From the sequence record SRR22947727_1297: 41,686 bases of DNA, one strand, 5' to 3'. This document shows, in pieces, positions 8,904-18,259 of the stretch. The notes below the pieces were generated by a model. It had not been told where the DNA came from, did no database searches, and was given only the letters and a program-made list of their open reading frames with translations. Each line of letters begins with the position of its first letter. Positions within the stretch are counted from its first letter, which is position 1. The translations under genes were made by a program, and so were the position numbers.

Positions 8904-10076
8904 TTATATAAATATCAAACTTTCTTGGTACTCTTCTAAAGAGTGTATCTCTATCTTTAAGTTACCTAATTCGAATGTTCCCAACTCCCCGTGTGCATCT
9001 ATAATCTCAGAAAGTTTCTGGATGTATCCGAATGTTTCTTGATCAAGGTCAGTACCGTCTAACTTAACTACTATGTCTGTATCGTATTCACTAAAGTGTG
9101 TCCGGACTCTATCCTTTAGGTTAATAAGAGTATTCTTTTGCTCTTCTGCTATATAACCTACAACTAAGGAAGGGTGTACCCAAATTTTACTAAACCAAGG
9201 TTCTAAATGATATAAAGAAGTGCTGTTAGCGTTATTTAAAATTAAGCCAATATTAAACTTAGGAGGGATGATAGGCTTCATTAAACGGTCATGCATAACA
9301 AAATGTCCCCACTTCCGAATAAAGTTACGAGTACTTCTTTGATTTTGAGCTAACCATTCATCCGATTCCTTACCTACCTCAGTAATGGTAGGATTAAATC
9401 TAGAACCTCTACAGGTCATATGGTATACAAAACCTTCCCAGGTCTGAATAAACTTAACGCCGTTAAGCTGGAATCGATTAAATATGTCTGAGTCTTCTTT
9501 AGATTGAGGAGCATATAGAGGATCGTGTCCTCCAATCTCTTGAAAATCTTTTCTATAAAAAGCCCAAGGGGCGAATATACCTTCGGTAGTTTTATCAATA
9601 TCGGTAAGTCTGGGAATACTAACCAAGAGCATTTCTTCTTCAAACTCTTCCGGTTCTGTACCTCCATTGAATAAAATCTTCTCCGGTCCGTCTGGATGAA
9701 GAGGGGGTTCGATTCTTGTAAGCGAAACTATTACTCCAGGTTTTATATACTTTTCAATAGCATCTAGAGCACCAGGACATAGGTACATGTCGGCATGGTA
9801 AATCATAGCTACGTCGTTAGTGGCTACTTCGTTAATCAATCTATCGTATAAAATTGTATGTCCAAGTCTTCCGTTCTCCGGGTCGTTGCGAATGGCTTTG
9901 AAGTTAGGATCAACTGCCATCTTTCCCTTACACCACTCCCATGTATCATCTGTAGATGCATCATCAGCAACACAAATCTCAACTTCATGTTTACCTTGAT
10001 TCTTTCTAATGGAATCGTAAGACCATTTAAGATACTTTAAATTGTTCCTGGAAGGTTGTATTAAACTTATCTTCAT
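8904..10076 (-). CDS. Glycosyltransferase, GT-A / family 2-like
   Basis: ISLIQPSRN, VADDASTD, HADM (DxD-like), IGGHD...EDSD. Confidence 0.85.
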   Translation of the reverse strand: MKISLIQPSRNNLKYLKWSYDSIRKNQGKHEVEICVADDASTDDTWEWCKGKMAVDPNFKAIRNDPENGRLGHTILYDRLINEVATNDVAMIYHADMYLCPGALDAIEKYIKPGVIVSLTRIEPPLHPDGPEKILFNGGTEPEEFEEEMLLVSIPRLTDIDKTTEGIFAPWAFYRKDFQEIGGHDPLYAPQSKEDSDIFNRFQLNGVKFIQTWEGFVYHMTCRGSRFNPTITEVGKESDEWLAQNQRSTRNFIRKWGHFVMHDRLMKPIIPPKFNIGLILNNANSTSLYHLEPWFSKIWVHPSLVVGYIAEEQKNTLINLKDRVRTHFSEYDTDIVVKLDGTDLDQETFGYIQKLSEIIDAHGELGTFELGNLKIEIHSLEEYQESLIFI

Positions 10077-10950
10077 TATAAAATTGATTGTAGTTAGCTT
10101 TTACTGAGGATGATATAATATCGTAAAATTCTTTATCAGAATCAAGTTTTTTAAGTATTTCCTTAGCTTTTCCTATGTCTCCTATTTCTACTGTAGTCTG
10201 AGGATGGCATTTTTGTTGTGTGTCGAGTCCTCTATAACCTATACACGGAATGCCTAAGTAAGCACAATTGAGTGCAAAGGTACCTGCTGCATGAGTTCTC
10301 ATTAAATGCACTCCTATTTTAAATTCATTTAGTTTATGTATCCAGGCCTTCCAAGTCATATATGGAAGATGAGTTACTAATTGTTCTTCTTGAGCCTGTT
10401 TACGTCCCATACTAGGAGCTGTAACTTTATCTGTTATTTCGCTAGCTACTATATAAGAATCGAACCCGCCATACCAATTGACAAAATTACCTCCTATAAT
10501 AACTCCTTCTCTTTCTTCTTTTTTTAGTTCCCCGATAGTTTCTTCTATCATTAATGTTGGAAGAACTCTAACGTCTTTGTGCCCGGTTAAGCCCTGATAA
10601 TACATTTTGTCGGCTTTATTGTGAGTAAAAATTATATCAGCTGAGCATAAAGTATTAAAGTACCAAATTTGCTTATCCAAAGGATAGTCTTGAAAGTACC
10701 AGTGGGGTCCTTCCTGCATTACAGCTACTTGCTTACAACTCCTTCTTATACTATCTATCTCAAAATGAGGGTCTTTTTTAGGAATAATAACTATACCTAA
10801 GTCGTAAGTACTACTAGGAACTTCTCTGTAGTTATAATGATCTGCTTGAAGAGCATGCATCCAAGCAAACTCTGTTCTCATGTTAGTGTGATTACTAGGC
10901 ACCTTTCCAGTAAATCTCATCTCAGTAAAAAAAGCTATACTTCTAAACAT
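10027..10950 (-). CDS. Putative GT-B glycosyltransferase
   Basis: ADIIFTHN and GTFALNCAYLGIPCIG resemble the GT4 C-terminal motif; cluster context. Confidence 0.55.
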   Translation of the reverse strand: MFRSIAFFTEMRFTGKVPSNHTNMRTEFAWMHALQADHYNYREVPSSTYDLGIVIIPKKDPHFEIDSIRRSCKQVAVMQEGPHWYFQDYPLDKQIWYFNTLCSADIIFTHNKADKMYYQGLTGHKDVRVLPTLMIEETIGELKKEEREGVIIGGNFVNWYGGFDSYIVASEITDKVTAPSMGRKQAQEEQLVTHLPYMTWKAWIHKLNEFKIGVHLMRTHAAGTFALNCAYLGIPCIGYRGLDTQQKCHPQTTVEIGDIGKAKEILKKLDSDKEFYDIISSSVKANYNQFYNEDKFNTTFQEQFKVS

Positions 10951-11540
10951 ATTAATCCTTCATAAGACTTAAGTGTTCTATCTGTATCGTAGGTACGTTC
11001 CCCGTAACTGTATCCTTGCTCTTCTCCTACCGTTAATATTAGTTCTAATGTCTTATTGCTTATAAGCTCATCTATTGCTTTTTTAACTTCCGGGTAAGCA
11101 CCGTAATCATCAAAAATAAAAACTTTTTTTTCTAATTTAGTATCTAGTAAACTTAAGGCATTGTTAACATCTACCATCACTGCATTATACGTATGTACTG
11201 CATCTATCATAAAGACGTCGCCTGAACCTATACTGCTCCAGTTATTAGGAGAAAAATTATATAAATCAAAAATATGATAGTTTATATTATCTATACCTGT
11301 GCTCATAGCTTTAGCATCCACTGAGTCTTGTATATTTATAGTATGAATTTTTTTAAATAGGTAACTCATAATTAGACTAGTATATCCTCTAGAAGTTCCA
11401 AACTCAACAAAAGTTAATTTATTAAAGATCTCTTTATTAAAGTAGTTCCAAATATCTTTTTTAAACTTATGTGTGGTAGTTCCATAAAAATCTGGTTTAT
11501 CTGGAATTTGGTACTTCTCTATTAGCTCATCTATAGACAT
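10935..11540 (-). CDS. Class I SAM-dependent methyltransferase (Methyltransf_24-like)
   Basis: VEFGTSRGYTS, FMIDAVHTY..V..D, IFDDY. Confidence 0.8.
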   Translation of the reverse strand: MSIDELIEKYQIPDKPDFYGTTTHKFKKDIWNYFNKEIFNKLTFVEFGTSRGYTSLIMSYLFKKIHTINIQDSVDAKAMSTGIDNINYHIFDLYNFSPNNWSSIGSGDVFMIDAVHTYNAVMVDVNNALSLLDTKLEKKVFIFDDYGAYPEVKKAIDELISNKTLELILTVGEEQGYSYGERTYDTDRTLKSYEGLICLEV

Positions 11541-12196
11541 TCTGATAAGGTTTTAAATTGAGGTTGATGCTCCAGTAAATAGCTAAGGGACAACTTTACT
11601 TGTTTGTAATTTTCTTCGTTCCAAACATTATCATTCCAGTCACCAGCAATATGTGATTGAAACATAACCATATTGTTATTATGTAATTTAATATTTGTTT
11701 CGTTAATACCGTCATGACCGAAGAACATTTTACAATCCCATTTATATCCTAAATTATGTTCGTAATGTAAAGCTGCGTATTTAAACTTACTGCCACATCC
11801 TTTGATTGAACTAGGTGAAGCTAACCATCCTGGGTTTCGCCAACCTAAAGGAATATGGTTAACGGCTTCCCATTCGGTAAATAGTAAGTTAAGTCTTTCT
11901 TCTACTTGATCTAACGTTTGTAGTTCGTAGAATTCACATTCACCAATACCTTGAGTCTTACATTGATGATAATGACCATGAGCAGCTAATTCAAAGTATT
12001 TCTTAGACTTTAACCAATCTATCCAATCTTTATTCTCAGATAATTTAGCTCTATTATGGTAGTTAGAAGGAATAAATAAAGTAAACTTAGCACCAAACTC
12101 TTTATATAGTTCATCTAAGTAGTTCATACATTCGTCTCCTTCTATACCCCAGCCTTCTTCTGGATGTATATCGTCTATGCTAATAGTAACGATCAT
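11531..12196 (-). CDS. Polysaccharide deacetylase-like (NodB/DUF2334) protein
   Basis: ISIDD, TLFIP, ELAAHGHYH, GWRNPGW. Confidence 0.8.
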   Translation of the reverse strand: MIVTISIDDIHPEEGWGIEGDECMNYLDELYKEFGAKFTLFIPSNYHNRAKLSENKDWIDWLKSKKYFELAAHGHYHQCKTQGIGECEFYELQTLDQVEERLNLLFTEWEAVNHIPLGWRNPGWLASPSSIKGCGSKFKYAALHYEHNLGYKWDCKMFFGHDGINETNIKLHNNNMVMFQSHIAGDWNDNVWNEENYKQVKLSLSYLLEHQPQFKTLSECL

Positions 12197-13131
12197 CAGA
12201 AAAGTTCCTTTATTAATCTATAAACTTCAGAGTAATCATTCTTTCCTGTATTGTTAACCTTATGTCCATAAGTTTTAGAGTTAATATGACTTATAACATC
12301 TATAGCAGGATGTAAATTATTATTAGATAGTTTTTGAAAATAGGTATTAGGACCAAAATAATTAGGTCGTAACTCTTTTCCTTTGTGCACATAGCTAATA
12401 GTTGGCTTTTTAAACATTGAAGAAAGAACTGAATTGCCTCCGCAAACGCTTATAAATCCTTCACAATTGCCCATGACTAGTAGCTGAGTTAAGTTATAGG
12501 ATTGTTTAGTTTGCTTGACTAGATCATCTATAAGTGTAACATGTGGAAAGTATTTCGTAAATTCGTAATCAGTTACGATACCGATACCGTCTACGTCGGC
12601 TTTTATATCTGTATAACCTGCTCTTAAAGTATTTATTTCATTCTGATCTATTGCAAAGTCTTTTTCTTTTATAGATGATCTTTTGTAAATTACATTATAT
12701 CCTTTTTCATCAAGCATTAAAAACATCTTGTAAAGACATTCTATATCAAAGAATCCATAAGGAGTTTCACCATGTTCTAAATTTAATTTGTTAGTAATAA
12801 AGATAGTAGGCTTACTAAACTTAAACATTTCATTCTTAAAATACTCTTCATAAGGAGGAACTATCCATTTTTTATAATCAAGTACTCCAGGCTCCTCTTG
12901 AGGTCTAATACCATGTATCCAGTTATTAGGTAAGTTATTTAATCCTGCAGCAGCATTATCAATAGTTCTATATTCAAAAGTCTCTCTTACATCATCACAG
13001 AAGTAATAGTATGGAGTCATGCCTTTACTAGTATGTACGGTCTTAAGACTATTCTTAGTATGCAGGTAGTAAGCATAAGGTATAGTCAAAGCTAATTCTA
13101 TACCGAATTCAGGATTAGTTTTAACTATCAT
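12196..13131 (-). CDS. Putative GT-B glycosyltransferase (GT9-like C-terminus)
   Basis: CEGFISVCGGNSVLSSMFKKPTI loosely resembles the GT9 motif; cluster context. Confidence 0.45.
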   Translation of the reverse strand: MIVKTNPEFGIELALTIPYAYYLHTKNSLKTVHTSKGMTPYYYFCDDVRETFEYRTIDNAAAGLNNLPNNWIHGIRPQEEPGVLDYKKWIVPPYEEYFKNEMFKFSKPTIFITNKLNLEHGETPYGFFDIECLYKMFLMLDEKGYNVIYKRSSIKEKDFAIDQNEINTLRAGYTDIKADVDGIGIVTDYEFTKYFPHVTLIDDLVKQTKQSYNLTQLLVMGNCEGFISVCGGNSVLSSMFKKPTISYVHKGKELRPNYFGPNTYFQKLSNNNLHPAIDVISHINSKTYGHKVNNTGKNDYSEVYRLIKELF

Positions 13132-13778
13132 ACTACTTGTTTAATAATTTGAAATGCTTCGGCGTACTTGCAATTAGCCTGAATACCTCTAAATCTAGCT
13201 AACGTCTCTAAATTCTCTTCTACGTTTAGTCCATGATTCATATACTTAACCATTTGACTTTTATGACAATTAGCAGCTTCAATCTTCTTATCAAAATAAT
13301 CAGTTATGTCTACATAATGATTAATCATCATTTGATTTTCGCTTTGACGAGGAACAGGTATTTGTTCGTAGCAAAAAACGTTTGGAACATATCTAGCTGC
13401 TGCCATAGTAGCTCTAAAAGTAGCTATGTGATCTTGATTAGCATCTCCGGCCCAATGAGTATATACTATATTAATTTCGTTCTTCTTTATAATAGATTCT
13501 ATTTGACTAACTGAGGTAAAAGAGAAAGGGACTTTTAAATCTACAAAACTTAAAAACTCCACGTCGTCTACTCCTAGTACTTCAGCTGCACATCTTACTT
13601 CTTCTCTATTCTGTGCTCCCGTTCTTAGTACTTTACCGCTTACTCCGTCAATTGATTCACTACTAGTCATACATAAATAAACTATAAGGTCTCCTGCTTC
13701 TTTATGTTTAAGAAGTGTACCGCCAACACCGAACTCAATATCGTCAGGATGGGCTCCTATTGCTAAAACTCTGTTCAT
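13128..13778 (-). CDS. PIG-L/LmbE family N-deacetylase
   Basis: AHPDDIE.GVGGT, YTHW..D.NQDH, HKSQ, YAEAF. Confidence 0.92.
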   Translation of the reverse strand: MNRVLAIGAHPDDIEFGVGGTLLKHKEAGDLIVYLCMTSSESIDGVSGKVLRTGAQNREEVRCAAEVLGVDDVEFLSFVDLKVPFSFTSVSQIESIIKKNEINIVYTHWAGDANQDHIATFRATMAAARYVPNVFCYEQIPVPRQSENQMMINHYVDITDYFDKKIEAANCHKSQMVKYMNHGLNVEENLETLARFRGIQANCKYAEAFQIIKQVV

Positions 13779-14458
13779 ATAACTCCTTTACTTTTTGTAC
13801 CTTCGTTAAATAGTAAATCTAAAATATTCATATAGGGAATAAAATCTCCATGTAACTGATTGTAAGTAGGGTGTTTATATTCCTGCCATATTAATTCAAT
13901 ATTATTTTCTTTAAATTTATTCTCATCAATATACCTTTTAGAACCTGGACCGGACCCGGTAATATACTTCCTAGCGTTAAGCTCAAAAAGAATTTTCATT
14001 ACTCTATCCTCTCCAGTTATACTATCCCCTACTATATCTGAAGATAACATAATTTCAGTATCAATATCAAGAACTCTAAGACAGTATCTAATTAAATTAG
14101 TTGAAAGATCACTTAAGTTATTATATTCTTTTTTTAACTCTATACTAAATTCTTCATAATAATCTTTAAAGTAAGGAGCTTTTTCATAAAATACCTTAAG
14201 CAATCTTAGATGCTCTTCCTTCCAGGTATCATTTTTAAAACCAATTTCATTAAAATTTTTTATCTCACTCTTACCTGCTACAGGTACAGTAAGCCATTTA
14301 CCTTTATTAGGTATCTTTATTTTATTCCTATTACCGAAATGGTTCTTACCTCTGGGGTATTGAACGTTGTCAAATATAACAAATATGTCACTTTGTTTTA
14401 TCTTATCAAAAAACCCTAACCAGGGTAAATAATTAGGCTGGTGTATACTTAAGATCAT
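13775..14458 (-). CDS. wbqC: WbqC-family protein
   Basis: SIHQPNYLPWLGFFDKI..SD.FV.FDNVQY, NRNKI, WLTVP, YEKAPYF, ILDLLFNEG. Confidence 0.9.
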   Translation of the reverse strand: MILSIHQPNYLPWLGFFDKIKQSDIFVIFDNVQYPRGKNHFGNRNKIKIPNKGKWLTVPVAGKSEIKNFNEIGFKNDTWKEEHLRLLKVFYEKAPYFKDYYEEFSIELKKEYNNLSDLSTNLIRYCLRVLDIDTEIMLSSDIVGDSITGEDRVMKILFELNARKYITGSGPGSKRYIDENKFKENNIELIWQEYKHPTYNQLHGDFIPYMNILDLLFNEGTKSKGVI

Positions 14459-15626
14459 TTAATAAAGTATTTACAGAGTTAGCTACATATTCGGCTTGCT
14501 CAACATCCATCTCGACATACATTGGAAGAGAGAAATGTCTTAAAAGTAATTCATCAGCTACTGGGTACATATTCTTACCTAGGACGTGTCTAAGCTGTAA
14601 GTAGGATGAAAATGCTGGTTGGTCATGACATGCGGGCCAGTAAGCGTTAGCAGTTGGTATAGCATACTCATCTAGTAGTTTTTTTAAAAACTCAGTTCTC
14701 ATAGAACCAGTTGTACCTTTTGGAAGAGCTACTAAGTACTGCCACCAAGTCATTCTCATATTAGAAGGAATGTTAGGTACTTCAAGTATATTATCATTAA
14801 GTATTCTTTTGTAAGTATCTGCTATTAGATTTCTTTTCTCTACAAATTCATCTACTCTTTTAATTTGAGTTATACCAACTACGGCTGCTGTTTCAGTCAT
14901 CCTGTAATTAGAAGAAGCAATGGTACAGTTAACTCCGTAATCTAATCCAGGTACCTCAGATGGATTTCTAACTGAGCCGTGATTACGAAGAATTCTACAT
15001 TGCTCTGCAAATTGATCGTCGTTAGTAGTTATAATACCGCCTTCACCGGATGTTATTATTTTAGTAGCAAATAAGGAGAATGCTGCTGCTTTGCCTAAAT
15101 TACCAGCCATAGTTGAATCGATACGAGCTCCAACTGCATGAGATGCATCTTCAAAGAGTAGTAGGTTGTTAGCATCACAGTACTCTTTTATCTCAGAATA
15201 GTCAGGTGGTAGCATACCAGCCATATGTACTAACATAACTCCTATAGTATCTTCGTCTACGTTTTCTTTTATAATATCTAATGTAAGTATTTGAGTTACA
15301 GGATCTATATCTGCTATAACTGGAGTATTATTAGATCTAACTATAGCACTGATACTGGCTACAAATGTCTGAGTTGGTACTATTATCTTACCTCCTTCTA
15401 ACCCTGATGCTCTAATCATTACTTCCAAAGAAGTTGCTCCAGAGTTAGTAGCTATAGCATGCTTGGTACCGCAATACTCCGCAAATAATTTTTCGAACTC
15501 TTCTACATACTCCCCTTGAATAAACATACCTGAGTCAAGTATACCTTTCCAAGCTTCAAGTATCTCTACTTTATCATCCTCAGGAAAGTAAGGTTTAGCT
15601 CTATATAGTTTCTTCTCTATAGCCAT
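14433..15626 (-). CDS. DegT/DnrJ/EryC1/StrS PLP-dependent sugar aminotransferase
   Basis: TNSGATSL, VHMAG, EDASHAVG, FSLFATKIITSGEGG, NYRM, SLPMY. Confidence 0.92.
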   Translation of the reverse strand: MAIEKKLYRAKPYFPEDDKVEILEAWKGILDSGMFIQGEYVEEFEKLFAEYCGTKHAIATNSGATSLEVMIRASGLEGGKIIVPTQTFVASISAIVRSNNTPVIADIDPVTQILTLDIIKENVDEDTIGVMLVHMAGMLPPDYSEIKEYCDANNLLLFEDASHAVGARIDSTMAGNLGKAAAFSLFATKIITSGEGGIITTNDDQFAEQCRILRNHGSVRNPSEVPGLDYGVNCTIASSNYRMTETAAVVGITQIKRVDEFVEKRNLIADTYKRILNDNILEVPNIPSNMRMTWWQYLVALPKGTTGSMRTEFLKKLLDEYAIPTANAYWPACHDQPAFSSYLQLRHVLGKNMYPVADELLLRHFSLPMYVEMDVEQAEYVANSVNTLLNDLKYTPA

Positions 15627-16404
15627 ATTTTATTTCTCCTATTTCTTTATACCAATTATAAAACTTTTCTAATTTATCTTCTACCTTACCAAAGTAAGTA
15701 GTATATTCGTTTCCCTTCATATCTAAATTAAGAGCAGGAGCCCATGCCGGCTGTCCTTCTTCTATTGCTACTCCCTTTCCTAAAAACCTAGATATGATTT
15801 TAATATAGTCATTAAGCTTAATATTGTTATAAGAACTAACTTCAATAATAGAATTACTAAGATCATTATAAACTAATTCATAAATAAATTTAATCATATC
15901 ATCAGCCCAAACTATATTAATTAAATACTCACCATCACCTTCTACTGTAACTGGGATGTTATTTTCAATTTGATTAATAATTTGTGCTGCTCTAGGACGG
16001 TGACTATTCTCTCCGTCAATATAAGGAGGTCTAATGATAGTGAACTTATCGAAATAAGATGTAACCATCGCTTCACATTCTTCTTTTTCCTTACCATACG
16101 GCCCCCAATCCTGTCTACCGACAGAAGCTGAGCTTATAAAAATGTATTTTAAGCTCCTAGGTATATAGTTTTTAAATAATTCAAATTGTTCAGGTTTAAA
16201 AAGACAGAAGTCGATAACTAAATCAAAAGAGTCAAAAGGAATCTTTTCTATATCTTCGGCTATATTTCTATCTCCTTGAATAATACTTACATTCTCAGGT
16301 CCATTACCACTACGATTAAAAACAGTAACACTATGCCCAGGACAAAGTTTGTCAGCTAAACCTTTACCTATAAATCTATTCCCGCCTACTATAAGTATTT
16401 TCAT
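15601..16404 (-). CDS. NAD-dependent epimerase/dehydratase (extended SDR)
   Basis: GGNRFIG Rossmann motif, FISSASV, YGKEK (YxxxK), IRPP. Confidence 0.85.
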   Translation of the reverse strand: MKILIVGGNRFIGKGLADKLCPGHSVTVFNRSGNGPENVSIIQGDRNIAEDIEKIPFDSFDLVIDFCLFKPEQFELFKNYIPRSLKYIFISSASVGRQDWGPYGKEKEECEAMVTSYFDKFTIIRPPYIDGENSHRPRAAQIINQIENNIPVTVEGDGEYLINIVWADDMIKFIYELVYNDLSNSIIEVSSYNNIKLNDYIKIISRFLGKGVAIEEGQPAWAPALNLDMKGNEYTTYFGKVEDKLEKFYNWYKEIGEIKYGYREETI

Positions 16405-17264
16405 TATATTAAAGGTAGTATTTCTTCTACTGTGTATTGTATAGCTTGGCTAGAGTCAGGTCCGTCTTCTAGTATCCTTTCATGTAAATTTTCTCCTGGT
16501 TGGAGGCCTATAGTTTTAATTTGTCTACTTCCTCCTTCAGGCATATACTTAACGTACATAGCTTCCAAAAGATTCTCTATACTCATAGCCCTCATAGAAG
16601 GTACGAAAGGAGAAGAATCTTTAGCGTTATTTAAACAATCATATATTAAGTCTAACGCTTGATCTACCGACCAGAAGAACCTTGTTGCAGAAGGTTCAGT
16701 AACTATAAGCTCTTGATTATTCTCTATTAGTTCTTTCCATTTACATAATACAGATCCTGTAGAGTAGAGTACGTTACCGTATCTAACTATTCTGTAATCA
16801 ACGTCTGAATTAAGTCTTTCAAACTGAGTAAATAATCTCTCCATAAGTAGTTTAGATGCTCCATAGACTCCGGCTACTTGAGCTGCTTTATCAGTACTTA
16901 TTCCGATTATAAATTCTAAACCTTTATCAAAAGAATTTTCTAATATATTTAAGGAACCTATAGTATTTGACTTAATAGTTTCTCTAACTGTCTTCTCTGC
17001 TAGACCAACATGCTTAGAAGCAGCTAAATGAAATACTCCATTTACTCCTTTCATTGCTTGCTTTACTTCAAACCAGTCGGCTATATCTCCGTTTAGTATT
17101 TCTATTTCAGGATACTTTTGTTTAAGGTCTATTAACTTACCTTCATCTCTTGAAAGTACTCTAACTTTACCTCCACTATTTAAAATTCTACCTACTAATG
17201 GAACTCCAAGAAAGCCGCTACCGCCGGTTACTAAGTATAGTTTATCTTTATAATCGTACTTCAT
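16404..17264 (-). CDS. NDP-sugar 4,6-dehydratase, PseB/FlaA1/CapD-like
   Basis: TGGSGFLG, SRDEGK, FHLAASKHV, ISTDKA, YGASK, RYGNV..S.GSV, TRF, G.QPGENLHE. Confidence 0.9.
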   Translation of the reverse strand: MKYDYKDKLYLVTGGSGFLGVPLVGRILNSGGKVRVLSRDEGKLIDLKQKYPEIEILNGDIADWFEVKQAMKGVNGVFHLAASKHVGLAEKTVRETIKSNTIGSLNILENSFDKGLEFIIGISTDKAAQVAGVYGASKLLMERLFTQFERLNSDVDYRIVRYGNVLYSTGSVLCKWKELIENNQELIVTEPSATRFFWSVDQALDLIYDCLNNAKDSSPFVPSMRAMSIENLLEAMYVKYMPEGGSRQIKTIGLQPGENLHERILEDGPDSSQAIQYTVEEILPLI

Positions 17265-17293
17265 AGTTACTACTTATTAATTTAATTTAATAT

Positions 17294-17322
17294 AATATAA
17301 GAAATTTATTACTAATCTTCAA
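17294..17322 (-). promoter_or_regulatory. Putative promoter, TTGAAG-N17-TATATT
   Basis: Same motif family; upstream of the dehydratase start at 17264. Confidence 0.65.
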
Positions 17323-18259
17323 CCTTAAATACATCTTCCCAGGTAGAAGATTTATGAGAAGGATTAAAAAGATTATAGCAGTTTTGTTCACACATTTTAT
17401 TAGCTTTGTCATACCAAACGTGAGTGCTTCTTTGAGCTCCAGGATTGGTTTTGTCTAAACCCTCTTCACCTTTTATGTTAGTTCTTTTATCCGGATGCTT
17501 TCTATTATGAACTACTAAGATATTTTTAAAATGGTATTGAGGAATATTACCTAAAACTTTCTGAGACATAAAAAGAAATGCTGTGTCTTCATGAACAAAG
17601 AAGACAGATTTAGGAATATTAACTCCGGCTTTAACCACTTCCGAGCTTATTATTAATCCGCAACCATTAAATTTATGAGGTGATACTACATTAACTTCTA
17701 GGTCTTCTACTTTATTATTAAAAGTATCCATCTCTTCTTTTATCATAGTATAACGTAGACTCCACCAGTTTTCAGTATCCATTTCAATAAATGGTTTATT
17801 TGTAAACTCTGGATGTTCTAAAGGTTTCCATGAGTCGTCCCACATCTTACATATGGCGAAGGTGGCTAAATACTTAGGTGTGTTAACGTTTTGATGTAGT
17901 GAGTCAAGAACTATAAAAGCTTGTTTAGGAACTAGCATGTCAGTTTCACCCCAAACGAGTACGTCTACCTGAGTACAGTACTTGTCGTTAAACTCCCTTC
18001 TATAATCAGCAATGGTATATAGACTATCTACTACTCGAAGATTAGCAAAGCTACAAAGAGACTTAATTTTAGATACCTGCTCATTAAATATCACATCGGA
18101 GGACGGCTTCTCTAAATCTGTATTTACAACTAAAGCTATATCAACTACTACTTCTCCGTTATAGCTCTCAACTGCATCTTTTAACGATTCAATATAAAAT
18201 TCTATTATCTCTGATTCATACCACTGAACCAGACATCCTATAGCAAATTTAGTTTTCAT
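17312..18259 (-). CDS. Putative GT-A glycosyltransferase
   Basis: WGETDM (DxD-like), FVHEDT, VHNRKH; cluster context. Confidence 0.5.
   Translation of the reverse strand: MKTKFAIGCLVQWYESEIIEFYIESLKDAVESYNGEVVVDIALVVNTDLEKPSSDVIFNEQVSKIKSLCSFANLRVVDSLYTIADYRREFNDKYCTQVDVLVWGETDMLVPKQAFIVLDSLHQNVNTPKYLATFAICKMWDDSWKPLEHPEFTNKPFIEMDTENWWSLRYTMIKEEMDTFNNKVEDLEVNVVSPHKFNGCGLIISSEVVKAGVNIPKSVFFVHEDTAFLFMSQKVLGNIPQYHFKNILVVHNRKHPDKRTNIKGEEGLDKTNPGAQRSTHVWYDKANKMCEQNCYNLFNPSHKSSTWEDVFKVED

Noticed and set aside
9416-9667. 83-aa alternative-frame ORF
   Set aside because: Fully nested in the GT2 gene with no independent signals.
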